Shown here in pieces: positions 32,201 through 42,200 of a stretch of 46,421 bases of DNA. The translations under genes were made by a program, and so were the position numbers. How positions within the stretch are numbered: the first letter of the stretch is position 1; the number at the start of each line of letters is the position of its first letter. Source of the stretch: Alloprevotella sp. (lineage in GTDB: Bacteria; Bacteroidota; Bacteroidia; Bacteroidales; Bacteroidaceae); contig JAFYFI010000127.1 of assembly GCA_017543785.1 (NCBI GenBank), positions 1 to 46,421 of the forward strand, written 5' to 3'. The notes below the pieces were generated by a model. That model worked only from the letters and a program-made list of their open reading frames with translations, made no database searches and was not told the origin of the DNA.

Positions 32201-35200
32201 ATGTATGTCACTATTCCATGGCGGTGTAGGAGTGGCATTCCATATTCCCTGCAAATTGCTTGGCACATCGACTCCTCGGCTTGAGCTAATCTCCAGATAG
32301 CGACCATAGTCAAAATAGAGTTTTTCGAGCATCTTGGTATTACCCGTAGAACTATTGGCTGCAGTATTGCTATAGGTATCGACTAGCTGGTTTGTTGGTA
32401 TGTCGTTAGTAGCTCCTTCAAGAGTGAAGTTTACACGATTGAAAAGGATTTGGTAGTCAAGGACATGATTGCTGAGCAGCATTACCCAGTCTTTTGCGGC
32501 AGCTGCATTAACCTTAGATTGTATATTGGAAGCTAGGGAAGATGTGTTTGAGATATATGTAGAACTATTCAAGTCGAAGTCTGTTCCACCGCAGAATACT
32601 ACCAATACTTCATCGGCACCTACTACCTCTATGTTGGAATTATTGGTAGTCATAGTCCCTCCCGTAGGAATGACTTTCAGACGGGCATTTGCCGTAACTA
32701 GATCGAGTTTTTGCTGGAAAGTAGCCTCTCCATTAATATAGCTTACGGCAGGCGTAAGGTTTGTCCCGTTTGCCAAGCGCAAAGCTCCTGGAACGAGAGT
32801 GAAACGCAGGTTGATCTTTCCACTTTCAGAAGCTGAGTAACGTGCTATTATAGCCTCATCTGGTCTGCTTGCTATGTACTGGCGTGTATAGTCCACACCA
32901 TCGGCATCGCTATACTGAACACTAGCCACTGCCGTGGAGAGATCCAACTGACGTACATAGTTGGAGACTGGGCGCGTTGAGCTGTAGGAGAAACGCCCGT
33001 CGGTAATTTCTTCTGCGAAGAACGAGCCGAAGTACTGATAGTTTCCATAGCCTGAACCGCCACCGCTCGACAATGCTGTAGAACCGCTCCAAACTGTTTT
33101 CTCGTTGAAGAGGACTTGGTCTTTCTTCACACCACCAAACAAACTGGCACCTAATTGCCCATTACCTATTGGTAAGGAATACTCCATCCATTCATTACTT
33201 ACTCCAGTAGTAGTAGAGGGCTGAGTGTACCAGAGGCTTTGCCCGCTGGCTGGAGCGTATGAAGTAGCGCCAACAATGTTGAATTCAGGGAAATCTAAAG
33301 AGTTGGGATCAACAAAATAGAATGGATTGTTACTGTCGTTAGCACTCCACATACCAATTTCGGAAACAGAAAGTTCGCCTCCGCCCCAGCGATTAAGTCT
33401 TTCCTTACCATTATTGGTACCATTCCATCGGATTTCCCAATTAGGCTTGTATGTAGAATTCGTCGTGGCCACAAGACTGAAACCATTAGTATCGGGAGTA
33501 GTCTGCGACTTTAAGCGGGCATTGTTGCCAGTACCGTTAATGGCGGCATAAAGTCCGGTCTTGCTGACGAGCTGGAAATTGGATTGAGAACCTACTAACT
33601 TCCACTGCTGCTCTGCCTCATAGTTGAGGGTAACATAAGTCACATTACCACCTGCCGTTGCGGCACGAAGCGTCTGCAACCCATTACAGAACTGAATGAA
33701 ATACCAATGTTCGTTGGTTCCTGTAGAGAATTCAGGCAACTCAGCTTCGGTTGCCACAAAGCGTATCGGATTATTGTTATCTCCATAAGTCCATTCGCCT
33801 AGCTGCACTCCTACGCCTGTACCACCAAACTGATTCATATAGTTGCTGCCTGCCACTCGCTTGATTTCCCAGCATCCAGTTGCTGAGGCGTTGCCTGTAG
33901 CCTTCAGGGCCAAAGCCACGCCGCTGGCATCGGCAGTGTAGCGCGAAGACGCAAAGTTGACGTAGTTGCCAGTCTTGGAGCACATGACGAAATTCTCGCG
34001 TGTGCCATAGAAAGCCCAAAGCTGGTCGGCGTCGGCGTCAACCATGCTCTCTGTGAGCAAGTTGCTGCCAGAGCCCTGGTCGGCAAGGACATTGCCGCCA
34101 GTGTAGAATTTTGCATAGTAATACTTAGGACTGTCGGGAGTGGTGAATATGGGCAGAGAAGTGTCGATGTTGCCAACCTCCTCAACACTGAAGATGTTGT
34201 TGGCGTCAGCCTGCGTCCACTCGCCCAACTGTTTTCCTATGCCGTAGCCGCCATACTGATTGAGATACTGCGAACCTGCCGTTCTGCGCATCTCGAAATA
34301 GCCGGTACCCGACGTAACGATAGTCATAGGCGTGCCTGTAGCACTAGTGTTATAGCGCGACGATGCATAATTAAGATAGCCTCCCGACTTCGACTTCAGG
34401 ACAAAATTGTCTGCCGTACCGATGAATGCCCATTTCTGAGCCTCAGAGTTTTGTTCATATGCTTCGGTAAGCACATTGTTGCCCATGCCCTTGTCGGCAA
34501 GAACTGCCTCGCCAGCTTTGAACTTAATGTAATAGTAAACGGGCGACTCTTCGGTGGAGAAAGAGAATGGGTAGGTAACTGGTGTCTCGCCTGCTTTCAG
34601 AATAGTGACATCGGAACCATTGCCGCCTGCTGCCTTTATGGTGTAGGTGCCACCAACCAGGCTTGAAGGCAGGGTGAAGGTGGAAGTGTTGGCTACGAAT
34701 GCCAGATTTCCGCTGCCGTCATAAACCTTGATACCTACAGCTCCGCTGCCACCACTGACGGTGACATTGCCTTCGCTGTCAACTGTATATTCATAGCTGC
34801 CGCTGATGGGCGTAGCAAAAGACGTGTATTGTCCCATCTCGCCACAGTTGCCTATCTCTCCGCAGTTGGACCAACCCGTTGCGTAGCTGGTCTTCTTCGT
34901 GCCTGCAGCAGCACCGGCGTACGTGGCATCGGGAGCTGTGATGCGGTCTTCGATGAAGATGATGTTTGCCTTCGGCAGGTTCATGGCTGCTACCTCTGCC
35001 TTGACGGCGTCGATCATCTCCTGAGTAGTATAGACATAGTAGTTGGCATAGTCGCCCACGAGATGTGCGTCGCGCGTAGTGCCACTAAGGGTATAAGAGG
35101 TCTGGGTAGGAATAGTGAAGAAGCCATACACCTGGAAGAACTCTGTCAGGTCGTACCCACTGACAGAACAACAAGTCTTGTAGAACTTCAGATAATCCTC

Positions 35201-38050
35201 CGATGCAGGCACAAACGTATTGTTGGCATGGTTCATCCTATCTGCACGGAATGTCTTGTAGAGCTGTGGATAGAAGTCGGTGTCATACCCTGCCAGGTGG
35301 AAGAACTGATATAGCTGCCAGTAGAGGTGAGTTCCCTGCCAGAGATCTGCCTGTTCGCTGGAAGCACTGCTGTCGAAGATGCGGTCGAGCCACGAAATGC
35401 CATCAGCAAACTCGCTGAAAGTGTCCTGTATGCTGCGGCTGCGGCTGGTGTAACGTCCTTGCTGATATATGGAAACGTTGGAGAAGACATTGTTAGAAAT
35501 TTCCATACATCCTATCATGTTGATGGGATTCTGGTGTATGTGGCCCGTCTCGTGAGCTGCTTCCCAAAGAGCATTTGTCTCAGTGTTCATGCTGTTGTAG
35601 TTCATGAGGAAGCTCAGTTGTTTGGTGGCAACAAACACGCCATGGTTTGAAGCATGAGCACCGGTAGAACCAGGAGAAGTGAAAGAGAGAGGATTGTTGA
35701 AATATCCGTCGTAGTCTTCCAGTCCCTGTAGCTCGCGCTGCGCGCTGAGTATGTTATCCCATATTTCGAGCAGTCCCGTCAGCGTTCCGCCTTCGTTCAC
35801 GGCTGCAACGGTTTCACTCTTCGACAGGTGCATGCAGTAGTTCAAAGAACGTATATCTACGGCATCGGCACTCAGGAGATGTGCATTAAGCTGTTCCCAG
35901 TCGGTGTCGGTATCGCCACGGCGCAGGTCAAAGTAGCCGTTGACGTATCCGCCTTCAATGTGCACACTCACCGGGCTATAGGAACTCAGGGCAGTAAAGG
36001 GAGCTCCACCCGATGTGGTATTATCGACACTGTTGTATATAAACAGATTTGCGTCGCCGTCTATTTCTACTACGTTAAGACCCTCAGTCAAGGTAGTTTG
36101 CGGTCCAGACGCGGCTCCAAGAGACACAGCCTCCAAAGCCACAGTCTGCCCCGACGGGATGCTACCGACATAGACATATACCAGCTCGCCGTTGGAGGCA
36201 GAGACACCAGTAGGGTTAGCCAATCTGCCTACATAGTAGCCTTGTCCGAGAATGGAGGTCCAACGCTGATAGTCGCTGTAGGGCTGATATTCGGCTACGC
36301 GGAAAGTTTTTTCGGTCTTGTCCCAGCCTGAGTATGTAGTCCAGGTATTGTTCTTCACTTTCAGCGCCATAGTAACTAAAGCACTTGGCAGACCCGCGGA
36401 AGTCATGGCTGAGCGCAGGTTGGCATCCGAATATGTGGCATAAGGAGAGCGCAGCTGTGTGCAGGTTCCGTCTGTAAAGAAGGTCTGAAGTGCGGTGTTG
36501 TAGGTTGAGGCATTCTCCTTCATGTCTAGATGCTCCTGATAGGTGTCGCGCGAAGCCGCGAGGATAGAAGCGTCTGGAGTGACCTCTTCAAATCGCCACA
36601 CCGAAGCAGCCGCATCGGTGTTCCACCCTACTATCTTATTGTTTTGTGAAGAAGCACAGTGTAGTCCTATGCCGCCGGCATCAGCCAGCGTATATGTATA
36701 TACCCAGTTGCTGGCATCAGCCAAGGTGAACGACGCTGCAGACTCGCCAGTAGTATAGACTGTGCTGACGGCTCCGTTCTGTTTCTGAATGTAGCGGTCG
36801 GTTATGGCATTCTGAAGAGTTATCTGTCCTCCGCTGATGGTGACGTTCCACAGTGCTGTATAGTCGGTTACTGCATGTTGGCCACAAAGAGTAGTATGTC
36901 CCGAGGTCAACTCAGCAGCCGTCAGATTGTAGGCAGTGTTGTACACACGATATGTCTTTCCCGATGTTGGGAGAGAATAGCCCAGGGCTGCATTGAGCTT
37001 TTCTTTTATCTCTGCCGTCGTGATGTCCTCAACAGGCTCCAGCACCCAGTCGGATGCATAGTTGCCCGACTCTGTTCCTGCGTAATACGCCACGAGTCGG
37101 TGGCCAGATTCTTGATGATGCAGGCAGCTGTTGCCCGAGAATACTGACGACGTTGACAGTGTGACATACGCCGTGCTGCTATCTACGTTGCTGTCGCTTC
37201 GTTTTCCGTAGAACGTCCCAGGCGTAGCACTTCCCGAGCCAGAGACCGACGACGTGATGTAAAGTCCGGTAAAGACATTGCGGAGCGTGAAGCCTGTACC
37301 GCTTGGCTCTATTATCCATATCTGTCTGTATGCGTCGTCGCCAGACGTAGCCTTTGGAGCAACTACATTTTCTCCGCTGGCATTGACGGCTGCATACTGA
37401 TATGTGGGCGAACCCGTATAGCCCAACCTGCACTGCAGGCGGAAAGCCTTACCCGAGCCTATCTGGTCGGAAAACCATGCAGCCTGGTCCATATTCAGTG
37501 TTACTGCATACAGAGCCCAGTCGTTGTTCTGCGTACCAGCAGCGTTGGTAGGCACCGTAGTTCCCCAATATGCCATTGAAGAACCAGCAGGATTGGCATC
37601 GACAACAAAGTTAGTGCTGGCATCCTGCATGTAGAAATGTGCATCAGTACTGTTTATCTTCCCTACGGTGAACGTTCCTGCTGCCGAAGTATTGACAACA
37701 GCTAAAATTGCACCATTGGCATTGCCCGACTTGAGGTAATGTCCATAGCCAGTCTGGATGTAGTACTTGCCACTGCCTGCCGAGACGAAACGTATCAGCG
37801 AGCCGCAGGAGGCTGTCGCTGCTTCGCCGTCGGCATTGCCACTCTTCATGAACATGGCATTGGTAGAGTTCTCATAGGCATAAGCTGCCCTGCCACGGCT
37901 TTTGATCACATACCACTGACCCGTTGTGAAGTCGGTAGCTTCAGCAGAACTTACTGAAATTTTGTATCCCGACAACTCCGAGAGTTGAGCCGATGCAAAC
38001 AATGATGTCAACATCAGCAGAGATAGAATTAAAAAACTCTTGTTTTTCAT
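29234..38050 (-). CDS. Giant secreted multidomain enzyme: beta-trefoil-like modules + M60-like metallopeptidase + 3 repeat modules + GH95 alpha-L-fucosidase + C-terminal module with T9SS-type tail
   Basis: Signal peptide MKNKSFLILSLLMLTSLFASAQ. M60-like NPTG, WEAAHETGHIHQ..CMEISNN, YWQL. GH95 SLPIGNG.LGA, YVRQLDL, YGRYLEISSSR, PSNLQGIWN, HANINVQMNYW, SPEHG, HRHQSHL, HAPFQIDGNFG, LPALP. Tail IFDLQGRRV..GIYIIGGKKV. Confidence 0.88.
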   Translation of the reverse strand: MKNKSFLILSLLMLTSLFASAQLSELSGYKISVSSAEATDFTTGQWYVIKSRGRAAYAYENSTNAMFMKSGNADGEAATASCGSLIRFVSAGSGKYYIQTGYGHYLKSGNANGAILAVVNTSAAGTFTVGKINSTDAHFYMQDASTNFVVDANPAGSSMAYWGTTVPTNAAGTQNNDWALYAVTLNMDQAAWFSDQIGSGKAFRLQCRLGYTGSPTYQYAAVNASGENVVAPKATSGDDAYRQIWIIEPSGTGFTLRNVFTGLYITSSVSGSGSATPGTFYGKRSDSNVDSSTAYVTLSTSSVFSGNSCLHHQESGHRLVAYYAGTESGNYASDWVLEPVEDITTAEIKEKLNAALGYSLPTSGKTYRVYNTAYNLTAAELTSGHTTLCGQHAVTDYTALWNVTISGGQITLQNAITDRYIQKQNGAVSTVYTTGESAASFTLADASNWVYTYTLADAGGIGLHCASSQNNKIVGWNTDAAASVWRFEEVTPDASILAASRDTYQEHLDMKENASTYNTALQTFFTDGTCTQLRSPYATYSDANLRSAMTSAGLPSALVTMALKVKNNTWTTYSGWDKTEKTFRVAEYQPYSDYQRWTSILGQGYYVGRLANPTGVSASNGELVYVYVGSIPSGQTVALEAVSLGAASGPQTTLTEGLNVVEIDGDANLFIYNSVDNTTSGGAPFTALSSYSPVSVHIEGGYVNGYFDLRRGDTDTDWEQLNAHLLSADAVDIRSLNYCMHLSKSETVAAVNEGGTLTGLLEIWDNILSAQRELQGLEDYDGYFNNPLSFTSPGSTGAHASNHGVFVATKQLSFLMNYNSMNTETNALWEAAHETGHIHQNPINMIGCMEISNNVFSNVSIYQQGRYTSRSRSIQDTFSEFADGISWLDRIFDSSASSEQADLWQGTHLYWQLYQFFHLAGYDTDFYPQLYKTFRADRMNHANNTFVPASEDYLKFYKTCCSVSGYDLTEFFQVYGFFTIPTQTSYTLSGTTRDAHLVGDYANYYVYTTQEMIDAVKAEVAAMNLPKANIIFIEDRITAPDATYAGAAAGTKKTSYATGWSNCGEIGNCGEMGQYTSFATPISGSYEYTVDSEGNVTVSGGSGAVGIKVYDGSGNLAFVANTSTFTLPSSLVGGTYTIKAAGGNGSDVTILKAGETPVTYPFSFSTEESPVYYYIKFKAGEAVLADKGMGNNVLTEAYEQNSEAQKWAFIGTADNFVLKSKSGGYLNYASSRYNTSATGTPMTIVTSGTGYFEMRRTAGSQYLNQYGGYGIGKQLGEWTQADANNIFSVEEVGNIDTSLPIFTTPDSPKYYYAKFYTGGNVLADQGSGSNLLTESMVDADADQLWAFYGTRENFVMCSKTGNYVNFASSRYTADASGVALALKATGNASATGCWEIKRVAGSNYMNQFGGTGVGVQLGEWTYGDNNNPIRFVATEAELPEFSTGTNEHWYFIQFCNGLQTLRAATAGGNVTYVTLNYEAEQQWKLVGSQSNFQLVSKTGLYAAINGTGNNARLKSQTTPDTNGFSLVATTNSTYKPNWEIRWNGTNNGKERLNRWGGGELSVSEIGMWSANDSNNPFYFVDPNSLDFPEFNIVGATSYAPASGQSLWYTQPSTTTGVSNEWMEYSLPIGNGQLGASLFGGVKKDQVLFNEKTVWSGSTALSSGGGSGYGNYQYFGSFFAEEITDGRFSYSSTRPVSNYVRQLDLSTAVASVQYSDADGVDYTRQYIASRPDEAIIARYSASESGKINLRFTLVPGALRLANGTNLTPAVSYINGEATFQQKLDLVTANARLKVIPTGGTMTTNNSNIEVVGADEVLVVFCGGTDFDLNSSTYISNTSSLASNIQSKVNAAAAKDWVMLLSNHVLDYQILFNRVNFTLEGATNDIPTNQLVDTYSNTAANSSTGNTKMLEKLYFDYGRYLEISSSRGVDVPSNLQGIWNATPTPPWNSDIHANINVQMNYWPAEPTNLSETHLPFLNYIIALADNSKHTEWTSRATRSGQTVGWTFYTENNIFGGGSPWSDNYTIANAWYATHLWQHYRYTLDRTFLLRAFPAMWSCSQYWMERMVRATDGTYECPNEYSPEHGPSSENATAHSQQLVVELFQNTMAAAEVLGSEAGLTTAELAQLQDYITNSDKGLATETYTGTWGNPQNGVSSGTEILREWKYSSYSAGENNHRHQSHLMCLYPYAQVTPDSPYFEAAVNSLKLRSDNSTGWSMGWRINLWARAQDGDHAHVLLHSALRHSTSYGTDQSRGGIYYNLYDSHAPFQIDGNFGACAGIAEMLMQSADGTISILPALPTVWDEGSITGLKAVGNFTVGVAWENGAATTASITSNAGQPLVVKYPGIANAAVTIGGVYATVVPNGTDEISITLAQGETAEINFNPEKISLTWIVTNENDVEVYRSAATTHIKGTTVTALPDELLAFKSRFVSYPSETSLSIAADETKEVRVAYQWDGPFCFSSTERHYYALKFDNYASPYVQAGSEAPYALTQTRSGDAYRWFFEGNPFSGITLRNKLYPSLGLEATSLNTDGSAGPTLTSTPTAFEIYNWNTNGTNNGYFALRVPTTSDYYLNNYAGNAQLKYWSSGPGDLGSRLSVEACLEFADGYYRLYNKVNPTHWLNITENGYKVNTLVGTTEAEAEAAALADPSTVFRFQEQSDGSYLISSRGAYLTTQTSYSQPVVVNENASEAFNCKLARNNDGTWSIQVGSGAYNYLDNNENYKNYDAASGIVTWEKADENSHWYMVPAESYKVSLNKPSGSDKTFATVYLPFGYTMPAAATANVINVNQQTKMAETHALAGIVPAGTPALFISDEGATQVELTITTGDLESDTETLCEGNELAGNYVETDTPAGTYTFQAPKGVPGFYKYTGAKLKAYRAFLPGDVATQTKGFIISFGDATTGISDVTTSETDERIFDLQGRRVARPTRGIYIIGGKKVLR
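33310..34580 (-). repeat. Three tandem ~135-145-aa protein repeats between the M60 and GH95 domains
   Basis: Each repeat follows (L/Y)PxF(S/T)T..(Y/W)Y..F..G..L..QxW..G..NF..SKxG.Y..(W/F)E(I/M)..LN.xGG..G.W..D.NN..(S/F)V. Confidence 0.85.
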
Positions 38051-38090
38051 GATTTTATTTTTATTGTTTTTAGTCAAAAGTATTGGCACG

Positions 38091-38098
38091 CAAATATA
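38091..38098 (-). promoter_or_regulatory. -7 promoter box (TATATTTG) for the giant M60/GH95 gene; a second same-strand box TACTTTTG lies at 38173-38180
   Basis: TAnnTTTG match 40 nt upstream of the ATG at 38050. Confidence 0.6.
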
Positions 38099-38267
38099 AA
38101 AAAGAGGTTAAGAAAACAAATCTGCATAACTTCTATTTTTACATTTTTAACAACCATAATTGAGCTATGAGGCAAAAGTACAAGTTAAAAATCGAACCAA
38201 TCGTAGCCATATCTCTGAAAAATTATACAAAATTTCCTTTTTTTGCTCTCTTTTACAGAGTTTATCA

Positions 38268-38275
38268 TACATTTG
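38268..38275 (+). promoter_or_regulatory. -7 promoter box (TACATTTG) for the AraC gene
   Basis: TAnnTTTG with an upstream TTTG at 38242-38245; 21 nt before the ATG at 38297. Confidence 0.6.
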
Positions 38276-38296
38276 TATGCCAAAAGTGTGTTTCTT

Positions 38297-39163
38297 ATGA
38301 CAAAAAGGAAATCAATTCACCCTACAGAGCAAGAGGATTTAAGGATAAAAGAACGCGGCATACTTGTTCTCGACAACGTCAGGTCGATGCCTGTTTATAA
38401 CAAGCCATTGATATATCCGAATGTGGTAATTGGTTTGAATTTATGCGGCAGAGTAGAAGTTGAATACGACATGCAGAAAGTGGAGTTTCGCACTCACGAC
38501 ATCTCCGTTGTCTTTCCAAACCATATCATCAATGCCAAAGAATCTTCGGATGACTATCGTGCCATGCTGCTTGTCATCTCTGCCGAGTATTTTGAACAAA
38601 TAAAACGCCTCTATCCCATAGGCTACCAAGAGAGCCTCCACTTTCACTGGAATGCTCATTTCCACCTTACGGATGAACAGTTCAGGAATATTTTAGATTT
38701 TTTCAAGTTAATACGTTCGGTTAGCTATTCCGACAATCCCCGCCGGCTGTATATGCTCAACCAACTACTAGAAGTTATGCTTATGCTAATGCATGAGTAC
38801 AGACAGAAGAATGGTATTACTTCCTCTACGGAAAGCCCTCAAAACCTACTCTTCGCTAAGTTCTACGACGCCATTACGCGTCATTACGCAGAGTCGCATC
38901 AGGTGGATTTCTATGCTTCGCTGTTCAATCTTACCCCAAAGCATTTTTCTACTGTAATAAAAAAACAGACGGGCTTCCCTGCACACGCTTGGATAAGCGA
39001 ATACATTGCCACGCAAGCAAAATTCCTGCTTCGAAACAAGCGTCAACTAACCATACAGCAGATTTCCATAAGACTCGGCTTTACCGACCAGGCATCGTTC
39101 AGCCGTTTTTTCAAGAAAAGCACAAACATTTCGCCTACAGAATATCGCGACAGCGAATTGTAG
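38297..39163 (+). CDS. AraC-family transcriptional regulator
   Basis: C-terminal double HTH: VDFYASLFNLTPKHFSTVIKKQTG, AKFLL, LTIQQISIRLGFTDQASFSRFFKKSTNISPTEYR. Confidence 0.93.
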   Translation: MTKRKSIHPTEQEDLRIKERGILVLDNVRSMPVYNKPLIYPNVVIGLNLCGRVEVEYDMQKVEFRTHDISVVFPNHIINAKESSDDYRAMLLVISAEYFEQIKRLYPIGYQESLHFHWNAHFHLTDEQFRNILDFFKLIRSVSYSDNPRRLYMLNQLLEVMLMLMHEYRQKNGITSSTESPQNLLFAKFYDAITRHYAESHQVDFYASLFNLTPKHFSTVIKKQTGFPAHAWISEYIATQAKFLLRNKRQLTIQQISIRLGFTDQASFSRFFKKSTNISPTEYRDSEL

Positions 39164-39171
39164 GGAATAAG

Positions 39172-39221
39172 AAACAAAAAAGAGCCGAAGGAACGGGGTT
39201 GCCATTCCTTCGGCTTTTTTG
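39172..39221. terminator. Bidirectional intrinsic terminator between araC and the 1444-aa gene
   Basis: Stem agccgaaggaa / ttccttcggct flanked by an A-run on the left and a T-run on the right. Confidence 0.85.
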
Positions 39222-39245
39222 TGTGAGCTTTTAACAAAGTTTCTT

Positions 39246-42200
39246 TTAACGAATTATCTTCTTTCCATTGATGATATAAACTCCATGCTTGGGCTCAACT
39301 ACCCTGCGCCCTTGCAGGTCATAGACTCTGTCGGTGGGTTGCACGTCGAGTTCCACTTTTTCTATTTGCGTTGCTACATCGTCGCGCAACAATGGCAGAA
39401 CTGCTGCTCCTTCGGGAACTATGGAAGATGGCAGATAGGCAGTATAGGAGGGTATCTTACCTTCGCTGAGCACTGCCTCGATAGGATAGAAGGCAGCATT
39501 GCCGGAAGAGAACACAAGGGCAAAGTCTTCGTCGGAACCAGCTACGTCAACACACGCTCCTGTGAGTTGGTTGGCAGAAAAAAGGCTGGCGTCGAGAATG
39601 GTTCGCGGATTTGTGGTCAGTGTGAGCAATACGTTCTCGCTACCTTCTGGACTACATATCACAACGCCTGTTTGCGCAGGTACATCATTCTTCAGCTTAT
39701 GAGCCTCTGCGGTCTCGTCGTCATTATTGACAGTGACAGTGTAGGCTGACACTTCAGAGGGAACAGAATACCCAAAGGGCAGGTATGCCGCAGCATAGGT
39801 TGCTCCGTTGTCGTCGGTCTGCGCGAGAGGAAGATAATAGTCCTGGGCATCGAAGATGTACCAGTGGGAATTGTTTCCATTTTCTTCGACAGAGCCTGTA
39901 ACTACTCCAGCTGCCGCAGTGCTCGACTTGTGCTCCTCTGAGTTGACCAGATAATCGTTTTCACCAGGTCCAAACTGAATGGTCCACGTATCGTCTGCCA
40001 TGCGACGCAGGCGGCATCCGTATGCTCCGCTCTTGTCGGCAGAGGTGGGTATGGCTGTGTCTCTCAGGGTCTGAGACTTTGCATAGACGCCTCTTGCCGA
40101 GAGTTGATAGGTAAGGTCGCTTTGTTCGGTAATGCGCCATATAGTGGAGGGGTCGGCATAGGCAAGTTGTGAACCTATGGCTATGTTGGCTCCCGAGAGT
40201 GTGGTGAGGCGAGTTCCGTCATCGGAAACGGTCAGCCAGTTGGCTGGATTGCCCATCGACGCAAGGCGATAGTATCCGTCGGCAGGGAACAGTTCCTCGG
40301 CTTCTATGCGTGAGTTGGCATCGCCTACTCCGCTACTCCAATAGTAGAGTTTGTTCTTCAGTTGATAGTTGTTCAGGAAATAGTTTGCTTCGGGCACACG
40401 TATGCAGAAACTCATATCCTCGGGGTCTTCGGGATTCCATTTATAGAACTCGAAGGCGGTAGGTGTAGTGGTGAGCGAAGGTCCGGCTGTGCCATTCAGG
40501 TTGAGGTTTGTTGCCTGCAAGCCTTTAGAGGGCGAGGTTGCCGGATGAATAGTAATGCCGCGGAATGGGTCGCCCTGGAAGAACCAACGGTAGGCATTTC
40601 CGGCGCGGTTGTCGGTGAGTTTGTAGGGTGAGGAGCCCGAGGCTGAAAGATACTTGTTGGAATTGGGGAATTTCAGATCATAGTACTTTATGCTGTTTCC
40701 CGACGACAGGCTGAAAGGTCCGTTCCATCTATATACGAGATTTACGTCGCGCGCCTGCTCAACCACGATACTCAGATTCTCTTCTCCGAGGAAGCTTATG
40801 AAACGATTTTTGAATACGGATACTTCGGAGGGTAGTTTTGTTATGGTAGAACCGTATTCGTGCATGGTTGGACCTACTCTATATACTTCATTGCCATTGG
40901 CGTCTTTGATGATCCACGTCACGGGCAAATACTCTTTGTCGCCTGTTCGCTCTGAAGAGCTGCGCAGTCCGGCGTCTATACGAACATCCCACACCATATC
41001 TTCTTCGGGCGTCAGGCTGTAGTTGTCGTAAATGAGCCACTGAGCTCCATTGTCCGAAACGGCACTGCGCCCCAGGGCAGTATCTTCTCCGTTCTGCGGC
41101 TGAGCAGAGAGATAGGCACCGGCTGTGCCAGAACTTCCATATTGGGCATTGCGACGGCGAATGGTGAAGTAGTCCGACGTGCGTGCAATCTGGAAAGCTG
41201 TGGGTGTTTCAGAGAAGGTGTTTTCTATTCCACTTGTGGCAACGGAAAGGTATTTTCCTATACCTATATTATATATATAGTAGTATCCCTCGTCGGCTCC
41301 CTTGGCCTGCACTATCATCCAGTTTGTCGTTGGCTGCGTGATGCCGGCGCTGGAGCAGTAGGCATCAGCATTTGGCTTAGAGTTGGCTTCGTAGTAGCTT
41401 CTGTCTCCGTTGCGCAGTGTGGGCGCGGTGGCGTCAGTGCTGGTGGCTACGATGTCGCCAAGGCCATGCTTATTGCGAATGACATAGGCTCGCTCGGCTG
41501 ATAGGGATACGAGTTTTGTGATATCACTGTATTTCAGCACTTTTCCGTTTTGGGAAAGTGCTATAAGTGCTTGCTGATAGTCGTCATATGTGCTTTCGGG
41601 GTTTTCGCTGACGGCTTTCAGGTTTGCCAGGTCGGCAGTGCTGTAGCCATTGAACTGGTCGGCAGTGGAGAGATATTTTGCTGCCAAGGCCTTTATTCCC
41701 TCCAGCGATTTGCCGAGGAACGTTATTTCATGGATTGCCATGTAGCGCTGACCTACTACTTGCGGAGTTGTAAAATCGAGTTTCAGGTTGACGGAGCTTA
41801 CGGTAGAGCCCAGGTCTATAGTCTGTATAGCAGCATCTTCGAGTTCAAAGGTGCCTACGGTTCTCCATATTGAGCCGCCGTCGCTAATGCGCACGGTTAC
41901 ATTCTTTGCCCGATAGTTTGACCCACGACTGCCATAGTTGATGCTTATCTTGTCTATGTTTGCCTTAGTGCCGTCGGTATGTTTCAGCGTAAGTGAGTGG
42001 GTATAGTTGCTTGAACCGCTCTGCCAAGCAGAGTGCCAGTAGGTTGTGGGGTCTCCGTCTATGGTCTGCGACGCGCGTCCGTTGGTTCCTTCGCCGCTGG
42101 TCTCCTGTGAGCTGAAGGCTGTCACGGTCCACTCTGTCTGGTCGAGCTGTACGAGGGAGTTTTTGAGAGCTATCTCCATGCGTTGCTCATCTTGCAGCTG

